From the NCBI GenBank assembly GCA_963768055.1, contig CAVYGN010000002.1:1824112-1888111 (forward strand): DNA of 64,000 nt, in the 5' to 3' direction. The stretch is from an uncultured Spirochaetota bacterium. GTDB taxonomy: Bacteria > Spirochaetota > Brevinematia > Brevinematales > JAOACQ01. The first letter of the stretch is position 1; each line of letters opens with the position of its first letter. The notes beneath the pieces were generated by a model. The model was given only the letters and a program-made list of their open reading frames with translations, was not told the origin of the DNA and made no database searches. Shown one piece after another: positions 50,560 to 61,844 of this stretch. A program made the translations under genes and the position numbers.

Positions 50560-52977
50560 ATGGAAAAAGCGATTACTTTAGGCATTACCGGAATGTCATG
50601 CGCGTCATGCTCTCAAAGGATTGAGAAAGGGCTTATCAAGCTTACCGGAATATTATCCGCGAATATTAATCTCGCCCTGGAAAAGGCTCAGGTATCCTAC
50701 GACGATTCACAGGTTAAAATCGAGGATATAAAGAGGAAAATCGAAGATATCGGCTATGGGGCTATCCTCCCTGAAAAGGAAACAATAAAGAAAAGCGGTT
50801 CTGCCGAACTTTCCATAAGCGGAATGACCTGCGCTTCATGCAGCGGAAGGATTGAAAAGAGACTTGCTGGACTCGCCGGGGTGACTATTGCCTCCGTAAA
50901 TCTTGCAACAGAAATTGCCCATGTCTATTATGATTCCTCACTGATAGATCTTTCAGAGATGATCAAAGCTGTACAGGATCTGGGATACGGGGCCTGTGAA
51001 CGCAAGGAAGAATCCGTGGATAAAGCCGCCGAGGCGCACAAGAGAGAAATGAATAAACTGGGCCTGCTTTTTGTTTTTTCAGCCATCCTAAGCTTCCCTT
51101 TGGTACTCGGAATGATATTCATGCTGCTGAAAATCGAGTTTTCATTATTTGATAACCCGTATTTCCAGCTTGCCCTCGCCACACCTGTTCAGTTTGTAAT
51201 AGGTTTCAGGTTTTATAAAAACTCCTGGCACAATTTAAAGTCGCTGTCGCCCGGCATGGATGTGCTTGTAGCTCTCGGTACATCCGCCGCATACTTCTTC
51301 AGCATCTATAATGCCTTCCTCGGAGGCAATCCTGAACAGCTATATTTTGAAGGCGGAACTATTATCATCACGCTCGTGCTTCTCGGCAAATACCTGGAAG
51401 CGGTGGCAAAGGGGAAGACGTCCGATGCCATAAAAAAGCTCCTGTCGCTCCAGGCCAAAACCGCCCGGGTTATCAGAAACGGAGTTGAAATCGACTTGCC
51501 GGTCGAGGAAGTTATAGTCGGTGAAAGGATCGTTGTCAAACCCGGCGAAAAAGTCCCTGTTGACGGGGTCATAGTGGAAGGGTATTCCTCAATCGACGAG
51601 AGCATGGTTACGGGTGAAAGCATCCCTGTCGAGAAAAAGACTGGTTCCAGTGTAATAGGAGCAACGCTCAACCAGAACGGCAGCTTTATTTTTGAGGCTC
51701 AAAAGATCGGGAAGGACACAATGCTGGCCCAGATTATCAGGTTCGTGGAAGAGGCCCAGGGTTCCAAAGCGCCTGTTCAGCGTCTGGCGGACCAGGTTGC
51801 CGGTATTTTCGTTCCATCCGTTCTGGTCATAGCACTTGTTACTTTCGGAATATGGATGTTTCTGGGACATGACCTGGCCAGAGCTCTTGTATCGGCTATT
51901 TCCGTGCTTGTGATAGCCTGCCCATGTGCCCTGGGACTTGCGACTCCTACAGCTATAATGGTAGGCACTGGAAAGGGCGCGGAAAAGGGCATCCTTATCA
52001 AGAGCGGGGAAGCTCTGGAGAAGGCTTACCGGATAAGCATGGTGGTTTTCGATAAAACGGGAACAATAACGAATGGCAAACCGGCATTGACCGATATATT
52101 CCCTTTCGAAGGGTTTTCAGCAGATGATGTACTGCGCTATGCCGCTATTGCGGAAAATAACTCAAACCACCCCCTCGCCAAACCTATAGTCGATGCGGCA
52201 AAAGAAAAAGGCATACTGGCTGCGTCGGAAAGATTTGATAACATTCCCGGGAAGGGGGTTGTTGCCAGTTTCAATAATAAGGAAATATTATTCGGAAATA
52301 AGAAGCTTTTATCCGAGCACGGGATAGATATCCGCGATGCGGACCTGGTTATGGAAAAACTTGAAAAAGAAGGAAAAACGGCTATGCTGGCGTCTTACGA
52401 CGGGAATATCGCCGGAATTATAGCAGTCGCGGATACGATAAAGGAGAACTCGCATCGAGCCGTGCAAGCCCTGCAGAAAATGGGGATCAGAACAATGATG
52501 ATAACGGGAGACAACGCGAGGACTGCCCAGGCGATTGCAAAACAGGCGGGAATAGATAAAGTCATAGCGGATGTTCTTCCAGGGGATAAGGCAAAGGAAA
52601 TAGAGATCCTGAAGAAATCAGGAGAGACCGTTGCGATGGTCGGGGACGGCATCAACGACGCGCCCGCCCTGGCCGCTTCCGACATCGGGATAGCTATCGG
52701 AGCGGGAACGGATATCGCCATCGAGGCTTCGGATATTACGCTTGTAAGGAACGATCTGATGTCTATTGTGGACGCGATCGGGCTTTCCAGGAAAACCATG
52801 GGGAAAATAAAGCAGAACCTTTTCTGGGCCTTTGTTTATAACAGCATCGGAATACCGTTTGCCGCGCTGGGCCTCCTGAACCCTGTTATAGCGGGGGGCG
52901 CGATGGCATTCAGTTCCGTGTCCGTAGTGACAAATTCACTTTCACTTAAAAGGATTAAATTAGGAGTAAATTCATGA
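50560..52977 (+). CDS. copA: Cu(I)-translocating P1B-type ATPase
   Basis: Two GMxCASC HMA domains, TGES, CPC, DKTGT, HP, GDGIND, YN and MAFSS motifs. Confidence 0.96.
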   Translation: MEKAITLGITGMSCASCSQRIEKGLIKLTGILSANINLALEKAQVSYDDSQVKIEDIKRKIEDIGYGAILPEKETIKKSGSAELSISGMTCASCSGRIEKRLAGLAGVTIASVNLATEIAHVYYDSSLIDLSEMIKAVQDLGYGACERKEESVDKAAEAHKREMNKLGLLFVFSAILSFPLVLGMIFMLLKIEFSLFDNPYFQLALATPVQFVIGFRFYKNSWHNLKSLSPGMDVLVALGTSAAYFFSIYNAFLGGNPEQLYFEGGTIIITLVLLGKYLEAVAKGKTSDAIKKLLSLQAKTARVIRNGVEIDLPVEEVIVGERIVVKPGEKVPVDGVIVEGYSSIDESMVTGESIPVEKKTGSSVIGATLNQNGSFIFEAQKIGKDTMLAQIIRFVEEAQGSKAPVQRLADQVAGIFVPSVLVIALVTFGIWMFLGHDLARALVSAISVLVIACPCALGLATPTAIMVGTGKGAEKGILIKSGEALEKAYRISMVVFDKTGTITNGKPALTDIFPFEGFSADDVLRYAAIAENNSNHPLAKPIVDAAKEKGILAASERFDNIPGKGVVASFNNKEILFGNKKLLSEHGIDIRDADLVMEKLEKEGKTAMLASYDGNIAGIIAVADTIKENSHRAVQALQKMGIRTMMITGDNARTAQAIAKQAGIDKVIADVLPGDKAKEIEILKKSGETVAMVGDGINDAPALAASDIGIAIGAGTDIAIEASDITLVRNDLMSIVDAIGLSRKTMGKIKQNLFWAFVYNSIGIPFAALGLLNPVIAGGAMAFSSVSVVTNSLSLKRIKLGVNS

Positions 52978-53195
52978 ATGCGAGAAAGATCTTTAAAATT
53001 GAAGGGATGTCCTGCCAGCATTGTGAAAAAGCCATCGAACAGGCTTTGAAGATTAATGGCGTCGGCAAGGCGAAAGCTGATCATGCGAAAAAACTTGCGC
53101 GGGTAGAATACGACCCGGATGTTATATTAGAAAATGAGATCATTCAGATCATCACGGACGCCGGATATAATGTGAAAGAAGTAACGATCGGGTAA
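52974..53195 (+). CDS. copZ: Copper chaperone (HMA)
   Basis: GMSCQHC, 73 aa, adjacent to copA. Confidence 0.85.
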   Translation: MNARKIFKIEGMSCQHCEKAIEQALKINGVGKAKADHAKKLARVEYDPDVILENEIIQIITDAGYNVKEVTIG

Positions 53196-53221
53196 TTTAT
53201 AATAATGAAAGGAGTTGAATT

Positions 53222-55012
53222 ATGAACGTTCGCAAAATATTCAAAATCGAAGGGATGACCTGCCATCACTGCGAAAACACTATCGAGGAAGCTTTGAAGA
53301 AAAAAGAGGGCATCATTAAGGTCGAAGCTCACCATGCCAAAAAAATGGCGAGGATCGAGTACGATCCGGCAGTGATATCCGAGGCTGAGATAAAATTAAT
53401 TATACGCGAAGCCGGATATGAAGTAAAGGATGTATCGGAAGATACCGGTTCGAGCAAAAAAGCCGTTGAAATCGCGCAGGTTGTGGGAATAAGTCTGGCC
53501 CTTCTGGGTATATATTTCCTGATTTCAAAAACGATAGGGTTCAATTTTATCCCCCAGGTAAATTCTTCCATGGGGCTCGGAATGATCTTCGTGGTTGGAA
53601 TCATTACATCTCTTCACTGTGTGGCAATGTGCGGGGGGATAAGCATATCCCAATGCGTGGACAAGAAGGGGAATAAATATGCAAACAGCCTGCTCTATAA
53701 CGCAGGGAGGGTCATTTCATATACGATCCTCGGCGGAATAATCGGAGCTCTGGGTTCTGTATTCAATTTTTCCCCGGCCATCAAGGGCGGAATAGCCGTC
53801 GTTGCGGGAATCTTTATGGTATTCGTGGGCCTGAGGATGGCGGGAGTTTTCACCTTTCTCAAGAAGGTTAAAATCCCTTTTGCAGGGATATTTTCAAAAT
53901 TCGCTCCTAAAAAAACCGGATTGAAAAAACAAAGTTACGGCCCTTTCATTGTAGGCCTTTTAAACGGGCTTATGCCCTGCGCGCCTCTCCAGGCGATGCA
54001 GCTATACGCGCTGGGTTCGGGAAGTGCATTAGCGGGAGCGCTATCGATGTTCTTCTTTTCAATAGGCACGATGCCCCTGATGTTCGGCCTGGGCACGGCT
54101 GCCTCACTCCTTTCGAGAAAATTCTCGGGAAGCCTGATCAGGATAAGCGCTGTGCTTGTGGTTTTTCTGGGACTTGTCATGGTGAACCGGGGTATGTCGT
54201 TGACCGGAAACGGGGTTGTAATAACCCCGGCTCAGGCAAATGTAGCTGCAATAAAAGGTGATCACCAGGAAGTCACCATGGTCGTCAGTCCGAACGGGTA
54301 CGAACCTATCGTTGTACAGAGGGGTATACCTGTTAGGTGGATCATTAAAGCAAATAGCGATTCATTAAACGGCTGTAATAACGGGATCCTTGTTCCGCAG
54401 TTCAATATAACGAAAAAACTGGCTCCCGGTGATAATATCGTGGAATTCACTCCGGATACATCCGGGAAATTCGGTTATTCATGCTGGATGGGTATGATCC
54501 GGAGCACTGTAACGGTTGTTGACGATATAGCAAAGGTAGATCCTGATTCCATAAAAACAAACGACCAGTCGGTGCCTCAGAATTATGCCGGAGGATGTTG
54601 CAAGGGCGGTACCGGAAAGCCCCTGTCTGAAAGCGATATATATGTACCTCCGGTTGTTAATAACCGGCAGGAAGTAACTATTAACGTGGACCAGGACGGT
54701 TACAGCCCGGCGATAATCGTAATTCAGAAGGGTGCAGCTTTTAAAGTAAAATTTGTCGCCAAACAGCTGACATCCTGCAACAGCGGCGTGTTTTTCCCGG
54801 AATACGGCGGAGGCCTTGACTTTACAAAGGGACAGCTGGAAACACCGCTTCTCAAAGCCTCACGGGATTTTCATTTTACCTGCTGGATGGGCATGATCAA
54901 GGGCTTCGGGGCGGTAGTCGACGACGTCAATAATTTTAATAAAGCGGATTTAATAGCCAGGGCTAGTCTGCCCGGACCCGGCGGCGGCAGGGGCGGATGC
55001 TGCGGAAGATAA
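53222..55012 (+). CDS. HMA + DsbD_2/TauE-like membrane domain + cupredoxin-like domains
   Basis: GMTCHHC, SLHCVAMCGG, GLMPC and two CWMGM motifs. Confidence 0.88.
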   Translation: MNVRKIFKIEGMTCHHCENTIEEALKKKEGIIKVEAHHAKKMARIEYDPAVISEAEIKLIIREAGYEVKDVSEDTGSSKKAVEIAQVVGISLALLGIYFLISKTIGFNFIPQVNSSMGLGMIFVVGIITSLHCVAMCGGISISQCVDKKGNKYANSLLYNAGRVISYTILGGIIGALGSVFNFSPAIKGGIAVVAGIFMVFVGLRMAGVFTFLKKVKIPFAGIFSKFAPKKTGLKKQSYGPFIVGLLNGLMPCAPLQAMQLYALGSGSALAGALSMFFFSIGTMPLMFGLGTAASLLSRKFSGSLIRISAVLVVFLGLVMVNRGMSLTGNGVVITPAQANVAAIKGDHQEVTMVVSPNGYEPIVVQRGIPVRWIIKANSDSLNGCNNGILVPQFNITKKLAPGDNIVEFTPDTSGKFGYSCWMGMIRSTVTVVDDIAKVDPDSIKTNDQSVPQNYAGGCCKGGTGKPLSESDIYVPPVVNNRQEVTINVDQDGYSPAIIVIQKGAAFKVKFVAKQLTSCNSGVFFPEYGGGLDFTKGQLETPLLKASRDFHFTCWMGMIKGFGAVVDDVNNFNKADLIARASLPGPGGGRGGCCGR

Positions 55013-55038
55013 TGGTAAACAAATTAAAGAGGTTATAT

Positions 55039-55299
55039 ATGAATCATAAAGGACATTCATCCCATATGATATGGATGGTCCTTTGCTGCGTGATACCATT
55101 GGTATTGATCTTTGCTCTGCCGCTTTTGAAAATTCAAAACTTGGCTTTTAATAACGGCTTAAGAGTCGTCACATCGTTGATCTGTCCCCTTATGATGGTA
55201 TTTATGATGATTCCGATGTTTAGGTCTCATAAAAACGATGAAGAACATCATTTTCATGAAATGAGACAGGTGGAAAGCGTCATAGTGGAAAAGAAATAA
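55039..55299 (+). CDS. Small His/Met/Cys-rich membrane protein (DUF2933-like)
   Basis: HMIWMVLCC...LICPLMMVFMM. Confidence 0.65.
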   Translation: MNHKGHSSHMIWMVLCCVIPLVLIFALPLLKIQNLAFNNGLRVVTSLICPLMMVFMMIPMFRSHKNDEEHHFHEMRQVESVIVEKK

Positions 55300-55311
55300 A
55301 AGGGAGGAAGT

Positions 55312-55497
55312 ATGAGGATGCAAAGGGATATTGTTTGTGGTATGATGGTCGATACGGCCATCGGATTATATGCAGATTACCTTGGTAAGAAGTATTATTT
55401 CTGTATAGAAAGCTGTATGGAGGAATTCCTAGTAGATCCAGAAAAGTATATCAATGAAGTTAAGAATGAACAGGGAGAATATCACAAAGTATCCTGA
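55312..55497 (+). CDS. YHS domain protein
   Basis: DIVCGM...YYFC..SC...F..DPEKY. Confidence 0.88.
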   Translation: MRMQRDIVCGMMVDTAIGLYADYLGKKYYFCIESCMEEFLVDPEKYINEVKNEQGEYHKVS

Positions 55498-55587
55498 TTA
55501 TTGATATCTTTTAGTCAAAAAAATGCCTGGGTGTTCCCCAGGCTGTCTTATTCACTTTTTATATATGTTGGTTTTAAGAGGGAATTT

Positions 55588-56193
55588 ATGAAGGATACTG
55601 CCCAAAAATATGACCGTGGATCTAAAAATTATGATTTATTTGAATTGCCGGCTGAAAAGCTGCTGTTTTCCAGACTTCGTAAAAAGGCATTCCTGGAGAT
55701 TTCTGGTAAAATTCTGGATATAGGGGTAGGAACAGGAAAGAATCTGCCTTATTATCCTGAAGAAGCTGAAGTAACAGCAATCGACTTCAGCAGCGGCATG
55801 CTTGAAAAAGCGGTAAAACTTAAAAGCCGGCTCGGGCTTTCAAATGTCAAGCTGATAAAAATGGATGTTCAGGATTTGAAGTTCGATAATGACAGTTTCG
55901 ATTTTGTTATTTCTTCTTTTGTTTTCTGCACGGTACCGGATCCTGTTAGAGGTTTGGTGGAGGCGTACCGCGTATTAAAACCCGGCGGATCTGCCATATT
56001 CATAGAACACATGAAAAGTGATTCATCTTTGATCAATATTATTTTAAGCACAATGAATCTGATGACTGTTCCGATGATGGGTACTTACATGAACCGTGAA
56101 ACCCAGAAAAATATTGAAAATGCAGGGTTTAGAATTGAAAAGGTCGAAAAACATCTGTTCGATATAATACGTGTGATCATGGCCGGTAAATAA
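55588..56193 (+). CDS. Class I SAM-dependent methyltransferase
   Basis: LDIGVGTG, FCTVPDP and RVLKPGG motifs. Confidence 0.9.
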   Translation: MKDTAQKYDRGSKNYDLFELPAEKLLFSRLRKKAFLEISGKILDIGVGTGKNLPYYPEEAEVTAIDFSSGMLEKAVKLKSRLGLSNVKLIKMDVQDLKFDNDSFDFVISSFVFCTVPDPVRGLVEAYRVLKPGGSAIFIEHMKSDSSLINIILSTMNLMTVPMMGTYMNRETQKNIENAGFRIEKVEKHLFDIIRVIMAGK

Positions 56194-56278
56194 AAGAGGT
56201 ACCCCCCTTACGATACCCTCCCAACCCAAAAAAGCCCGAGGAACCCCTCCCCAGGCCTATTTAAAAAAAGAATTAAGA

Positions 56279-57153
56279 TTATTTATCAGCCCTGTTTTGA
56301 TAATCCATCATCCCCCTGTAATCCATTTTCTTCCTTTGTTCGGGAGCAAGTATTTCAAGCACGCTGACCTGGTATTCAGTTTCCTTTTCAGAGATTGCGG
56401 ACAAAATCGTGAATATGTCCTTATTTGCGTTCTTGATAGCGTCTTTATCCGGCTTGGCCGCAGACCAGAGATCGAACAGACTGCGCCTTTTCTCAAGCAT
56501 CTGCGACCTCAAAGGATCGGTCTCTTTTTCATAATTTGATTTTAACTCGGTTATCTTTTTTACCTGGTCTTTCGTCAGGCCCAGGTATTCCGCAAAACGA
56601 TAATCAAGCATCCAGTTTATATCCATAAGCGTGCCGGTCCCCATAAAAGAACCGAATGACATCATAGGCATATATGGATTATTACCGTAAAAGCTCCCGT
56701 AATATCCCATCATACGTCCATACCCAGAGCCATAGCCCCTGCCCATCATTCCTATCGGCAGACCATGCAGATATCGGTATCCTATCTGCTCATGCATGTT
56801 TTCAAGCGACGCCGAACCTTCCCCCCCCATCATATTGTCCATCCATTCGTGCGTCTCCTTATTACCAATCATAACGCCCATAAAGCATCGCCTAATTCTT
56901 CCTGAAGCTTTGGGCTGACCTTATCAGGATCAATGGACTCTTCTTCCTTCAAACCCTGTTCTTTTCGGATTTTGATAAGTATGGATTTGACTGCCTCAGA
57001 TTTTTCCAGAGCTTCACCGCGATTATTGTAATACCCGCTCATCATTCCACCATAGCTGTTACCGTTCCCCATCATCCCCTGGGAAAACAGTGTCGACGGT
57101 ATAAAAATAGCTGAAAAAACTACAATAGAACAAAATTTCAATATTACCGACAT
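56279..57153 (-). pseudogene. Met/Gly-rich Spy/CpxP-like periplasmic metal-binding protein with 1-nt frameshift near 56882
   Basis: Two ORFs fuse by comparison with the paralogue at 57180 (LGDA.M.VMIGN...MMGGEGSASL); LTKDQ...LAPEQR Spy-like motifs. Confidence 0.7.
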
Positions 57154-57179
57154 AAATCCTCCGTTTATCATTATGTTAA

Positions 57180-57809
57180 TTACAGATCCTTCTTGATCTT
57201 TTCGAATTCTTCCCCGGTTATTTCGCCCTTTGCATAACGCTTTTTCAGTATTTCCAGCGGAGTTTCCGAAGTCGAATGGCCTATAAGATTACCGCCCTTC
57301 GCGGCCCTTACCGCAAAAAAGATAACCAATATGACGATTATCAGAAACAATAGTCCCATAAACATTCCTCCCCAGCCCCATCCGGCCCAGCCCATCATTC
57401 CCGGGCCGTAACCATAACCATTCATCATACCATAACCTCCATAATTCAAATTGTTTTCTATGAACGGATAACCCATCATCCCCATCATACCGAGAGGATA
57501 ACCTGCCAGATAGTTGTAACCGATCCTCTGGTGAAAAGCTGTAAGCGATGCGGAACCTTCTCCTCCCATCATTTTGTCCATCAGTTCATGTCTTTCAGAA
57601 TTGCCTATCATGACTTCCATTACGGCATCGCCTAATTCTTCAAGTTTTTGAGGACTTACTTTATCGGCATTAATTTTCTGGCCGTTTGTCAATCCCTGCT
57701 CCTGCCGGATTTCAGACAATACCGTATCAATGCTTTTCGATTTATCCTGACTGTAAACAAGACCGGTCATCATTATAATCAGGAATAATACAAACAAAAC
57801 TTTTCTCAT
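57180..57809 (-). CDS. Met/Gly-rich protein with C-terminal SHOCT domain
   Basis: PLEILKKRYAKGEITGEEFEKIKKDL. Confidence 0.85.
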   Translation of the reverse strand: MRKVLFVLFLIIMMTGLVYSQDKSKSIDTVLSEIRQEQGLTNGQKINADKVSPQKLEELGDAVMEVMIGNSERHELMDKMMGGEGSASLTAFHQRIGYNYLAGYPLGMMGMMGYPFIENNLNYGGYGMMNGYGYGPGMMGWAGWGWGGMFMGLLFLIIVILVIFFAVRAAKGGNLIGHSTSETPLEILKKRYAKGEITGEEFEKIKKDL

Positions 57810-57824
57810 ACATCCCTCCTTTTT

Positions 57825-58313
57825 TTACATCTTCATAGCATCTTTACCATGATCAGAGATTTGCGCTTCAAACCAATTGTGTATAGACTTTATAAGATTT
57901 ATATCAGAAGTCCGATATGTGATCTGCCCGCCATCGGAAAGATCCGAATAAGTAATATTGATGTTTGAAGCCCCTTTTTCCAAGTCAGAAAGCCCCGGCA
58001 TGTTTCTCCCATGAAGCGATGACGGGTCTGAAAAATCCCCGCTGCTGAATTTCCGAACTTCCATTTGAAGATGTTCACGGATTAAATTAATTTGTTCATT
58101 GTCTTTTGGGTTTTTTACAACAACCTGTTGTATTCCGCCAGTAGCTGTTTGTTTAAAAATATGAGTTGTGGCATCCAGCTTGAAAGACATGACTTGAGAA
58201 CCTCTGTCATGAATCATGGATTGACGGCCATAATGAATTATTACATAGCTTAACACCCCCACTAATATGACAGCTATCACTAAATAAATAGTTGTTTTAA
58301 AAGTCGATCTCAT
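57825..58313 (-). CDS. Hypothetical exported protein associated with the metal cluster
   Basis: N-terminal TM; QVMSF.LDATTHIF...HG..MPGL...SDHG. Confidence 0.7.
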   Translation of the reverse strand: MRSTFKTTIYLVIAVILVGVLSYVIIHYGRQSMIHDRGSQVMSFKLDATTHIFKQTATGGIQQVVVKNPKDNEQINLIREHLQMEVRKFSSGDFSDPSSLHGRNMPGLSDLEKGASNINITYSDLSDGGQITYRTSDINLIKSIHNWFEAQISDHGKDAMKM

Positions 58314-58389
58314 ATTACAATTCTCCCTAATATGAACTTCCTGTTACTGCCCCATAATTTTTCGTCGGTCATTCAAAATTCTCTGTATG

Positions 58390-58722
58390 TCATGGTTTGT
58401 TCCTATTGAAAATATTCAGTTTTTTATTTAACTGTTGAATCATTAAATCCCTCAGAATGATGCATGCCTCAAGAATTTTAGGATCTGATAATTTATAATA
58501 CATATTTGTCCCTTCCCTTCTGGATTCTACAACACCCCGGTCTTTCATAATGGATAAATTTTGTGAAACATTCGGTACATTGATTTTCATAAGCCGAGCC
58601 AGTTCGTCAACGCATTTTTCACCATCACCTAATAGGAATAAAATTTCAATCCTTTTCGGGCTGCCCATAAATTTACAAAAATCAGCATGCATCTTATAAA
58701 TTTCTTTGCTATCCATTTGCAT
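58390..58722 (-). CDS. ArsR/SmtB family transcriptional regulator
   Basis: PKRIEIL...EKCVDEL...VSQNL...RREG..MYY. Confidence 0.9.
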   Translation of the reverse strand: MQMDSKEIYKMHADFCKFMGSPKRIEILFLLGDGEKCVDELARLMKINVPNVSQNLSIMKDRGVVESRREGTNMYYKLSDPKILEACIILRDLMIQQLNKKLNIFNRNKP

Positions 58723-59006
58723 TGCAGACCATCCTTATTTGCAATATTATGCAAGTATAGAATAAATATAAAAATAAATGTCCTTATAGTCAAAAAAATA
58801 TGTTTAAATATCTGCAAAAAAGAGCAACACTGCCTAATTGATGCCATTTTGAGACAAGCGTAATCGATACTTATTTAAAAAAATAGGAAAATCGAAGCTT
58901 GATTCTTTTATCAGTCTTTCTAATATTTACTTTAATCGCATTAAGTAAATTAAATAAAAGAGGAATTAAAAAATAGAGTTTTTAAAATGAATCGAATAAA
59001 ATACAG

Positions 59007-59123
59007 TTGGTACCGATTTGGTACGGTCATTTAAGGCTTATTAAAGGGATAGGTTGATTTAATTTGTTTGTTTGCAGTAACATGTAAAAAAAGATCTGCT
59101 CGAAAATAATCCCATCATCTCCG
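59007..59123 (+). other. attR-like site
   Basis: TTGGTACCGATTTGGTAC 102 bp before core ATCCCATCATCTCCG (13/15 match to the tRNA-Ala 3' end). Confidence 0.7.
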
Positions 59124-59246
59124 GAGTAATTACACGAATATTTAATTCGTAATAAACCAATCTTAACAAGAAATATAAACAATCAATTGTGTGGGATTAA
59201 TATTTGCCGGACAAATTACATTTTAACCCGGATTTTACTCTGCGTA

Positions 59247-60590
59247 TTAAAAATCGTTCGTCTCGATCCCCATGCCTTCGTCCGCGTCATAAGAATTATA
59301 GATATATGCCGTTCCATTGGTTTGACCGGACAGTATCGAGAGGCAGGTGAGAGAAAGAGGTTTGAATTCATAAGTGATTACGGCATTTTGGAGAAGGCCT
59401 CCGGTAAATTTAAATCTGACGGAGTAATAGGAGTTTGTGTCCCAGTTTACGCAGAAAAGGCTTACATCACCGGAAATGTCATCGTAAGCGTATATCCGGA
59501 GGTCCGGCGCCGTTTTATTACATAATATCATATCCGAGAGTATATGGTCTGAAAACAATTTGTAAACATAGTAAACGGGCCTGGGAGTATGCTTGTCATC
59601 GAGGAAACTGATAGGCCATGATTCACAGATGCTCCAAGGCATGACCGAAATCAAATTCGGCTGGGCGCTGGAGATGCCCAGAAAGTCCGCAAGCCATAGT
59701 CCCGCTTCGAAGGTGCCAAGCGAAGCCTCAGAGACAGCATGGGAAGGATCGACATCTGCTGAAATCTGGCACTCGCTGATTATAAGGGGCTTATCATTGC
59801 CATAGGTTTTAAGCGTAGAAAATACCGTCGAATACATATTCTTCATAATATCGAATTGTTTTACAGCGGCATCATATGTCGCATTCGTATCGGGCCAAAA
59901 CGGATAAAAGTGCAGGGAAACGGCATCAATATAACTTCTGCATTTCTTTAAAAAAGAGGTCAGTTTGTCGTTACCCGGATTCCAGTAAGACTGAGAGAGT
60001 TCAGGGCCGACAATTTGTAAATCGGGATATTTTTCCCTTACCGCCTTGGCAACTTTGATAAAACTATCGATGTAATTGTCCCAGTCTAGCATGTCGTTAT
60101 TATCCGGAAAAATCCAATTATAAATATCCGGCTCGTTGCCGATACTGACCCAGGAAAGCGTGTAATTCTTTTCATCGATATAGTAGTGTAGAAGTTCCAT
60201 TGCCCTTGCAACCCTGTCGTCAGCATTTATGTTTACATTGGTATTGATTACAAGGGGCAGTTGGAACAGTGGAGTCGCTCCCACGCTGGAGCAGTATGCG
60301 GCGTAATCGTCCATGAATTTCGTGGATAGCTTTTCGGGTGTTTCCCCGTCGTTGTTCTGCCCTCCGGCGCGTAAAAATTTAACTCCAAGCGGGCTGATGC
60401 CAGTTTCCGTTCCGGCTATATTACAACTCCAGGTCACAACCGGCCAAAGCCAGTAGTTATGCCCGAAAAAGAGGGGATTGATGCTATTGATAACACTTGG
60501 GTGTATTTCAACAGAAACAGGAATAGACTTTGATGAAGCTAATACTGTAATAAGTGAAATAACTGCAAGCAGTAATAAAAATCTTTTCAT
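59247..60590 (-). CDS. Exported clan GH-A glycoside hydrolase (GH44/GH51/GH79-like)
   Basis: Signal peptide; IGNEPD acid/base motif, SLHFY, ISE nucleophile region. Confidence 0.75.
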   Translation of the reverse strand: MKRFLLLLAVISLITVLASSKSIPVSVEIHPSVINSINPLFFGHNYWLWPVVTWSCNIAGTETGISPLGVKFLRAGGQNNDGETPEKLSTKFMDDYAAYCSSVGATPLFQLPLVINTNVNINADDRVARAMELLHYYIDEKNYTLSWVSIGNEPDIYNWIFPDNNDMLDWDNYIDSFIKVAKAVREKYPDLQIVGPELSQSYWNPGNDKLTSFLKKCRSYIDAVSLHFYPFWPDTNATYDAAVKQFDIMKNMYSTVFSTLKTYGNDKPLIISECQISADVDPSHAVSEASLGTFEAGLWLADFLGISSAQPNLISVMPWSICESWPISFLDDKHTPRPVYYVYKLFSDHILSDMILCNKTAPDLRIYAYDDISGDVSLFCVNWDTNSYYSVRFKFTGGLLQNAVITYEFKPLSLTCLSILSGQTNGTAYIYNSYDADEGMGIETNDF

Positions 60591-61844
60591 CGCATTATAC
60601 CTCCATTATATAAATTCGATTCATTTTTTTTATTACTTTAGCTTGTACATTATCAGTAAAGACTTTTTCCCTGCTTCGCCGGTCTGTACGATCCCATATC
60701 CGGTTTTATAAAAATCCTTTTATGGAAGGGTACTAACCTTTATTTCTTTAAATAACTTAAAATAATATTTATACTTCTCCTTATAAAAAAAGAGTTCAGA
60801 AGGAAATGAGTTTGATGAAAGCATTAGATAATATTGGCCGGAAATACAGTAGGGAAATGTTACATGCCGCTAACGGGCGCTCTCATCAATAGACTATTGT
60901 AGAAATTATCTCTTTCGGAAGTATGCAACTTCATGGGATGAATTATTGATAATATAAATCGAGATTTCCCAAATGGCATTTTTGCCATTCTCGAAAGCTC
61001 CTTCATTCCCGTAACAATTATAACAGGACTAAAACATCGTGTCAAACCAGATTTTGAATATCGACTCATCAAAAATCTTCTTCGATCTCTATTTCTACGC
61101 TGTCATAGCGTTATTCCTACCGAATTGCCTCATGCTCGACAGTTTGAATCTGATAGTTTTGATTGAGGAATCGTTATTTCTTCACCCTTTCTTCCCCATC
61201 TCCTCAACATAATCCAGGCCAGCATTAATCAAGAGATCATTGAACATAACTTTTCTCATTTATTCTGGCTGCATTTGGGAATGCTTTTCCATCTATGATT
61301 TTGTCCCTGGCTTCCTGCAACTTATCATTGATGAAATCAATGAAACCATAATTTAAGGTGGATCTTGTTTTTTATTGGTTTTCCTGCCACCTTCCCCTTT
61401 AATTTGAGCAGGCTATCACACCCATTCTTGATTATAAATTCGTTGAAATAACGAGATTTTCCTGCGAAATATTCATCTGTATATTTATCTTTAATCTTAT
61501 AATGCCTATCATAAACAGCCTTTGAAACAGTAAAAGTGCTGAAATTAAAGTTTGCTGCTGCTAAAACAGGTTTACCCATTTTTGAAGTATTTTCCTTTTT
61601 GTACCTTACTTTTATTATAAGATCGTCTGAAAGTATGCTTCCCGATTCGCTGGCGGTAATGTTATGCCGGCCAGCATTTCAGGAAAGGCTGAGAGAGCCC
61701 GATCCGGACAACCTGCTTTCCAGATAACTGCCGGAAAGCAGGGGGGCGGATCAGTGCATTCGGGCGACTCAATAAACACATAATTTGCCTTTAGAAAAAA
61801 AGGTAATTAGATTTAATTTCATTGTTAAAAGGAGGGACGTCTTT

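Larger units (their letters stand above)
17296..59123. mobile_element. Composite genomic island at tRNA-Ala made of tandem att-delimited modules
   Basis: Integrases directly after the tRNA; degenerate tRNA 3'-end copy ATCCCATCATCTCCG at 59109; internal att-like junctions at 46380 and 49901; AT-rich cargo. Confidence 0.75.

Noticed and set aside
61180..61205. C-rich tract as another cassette junction
   Set aside because: No promoter half; it lies in a decayed minus-strand coding remnant.
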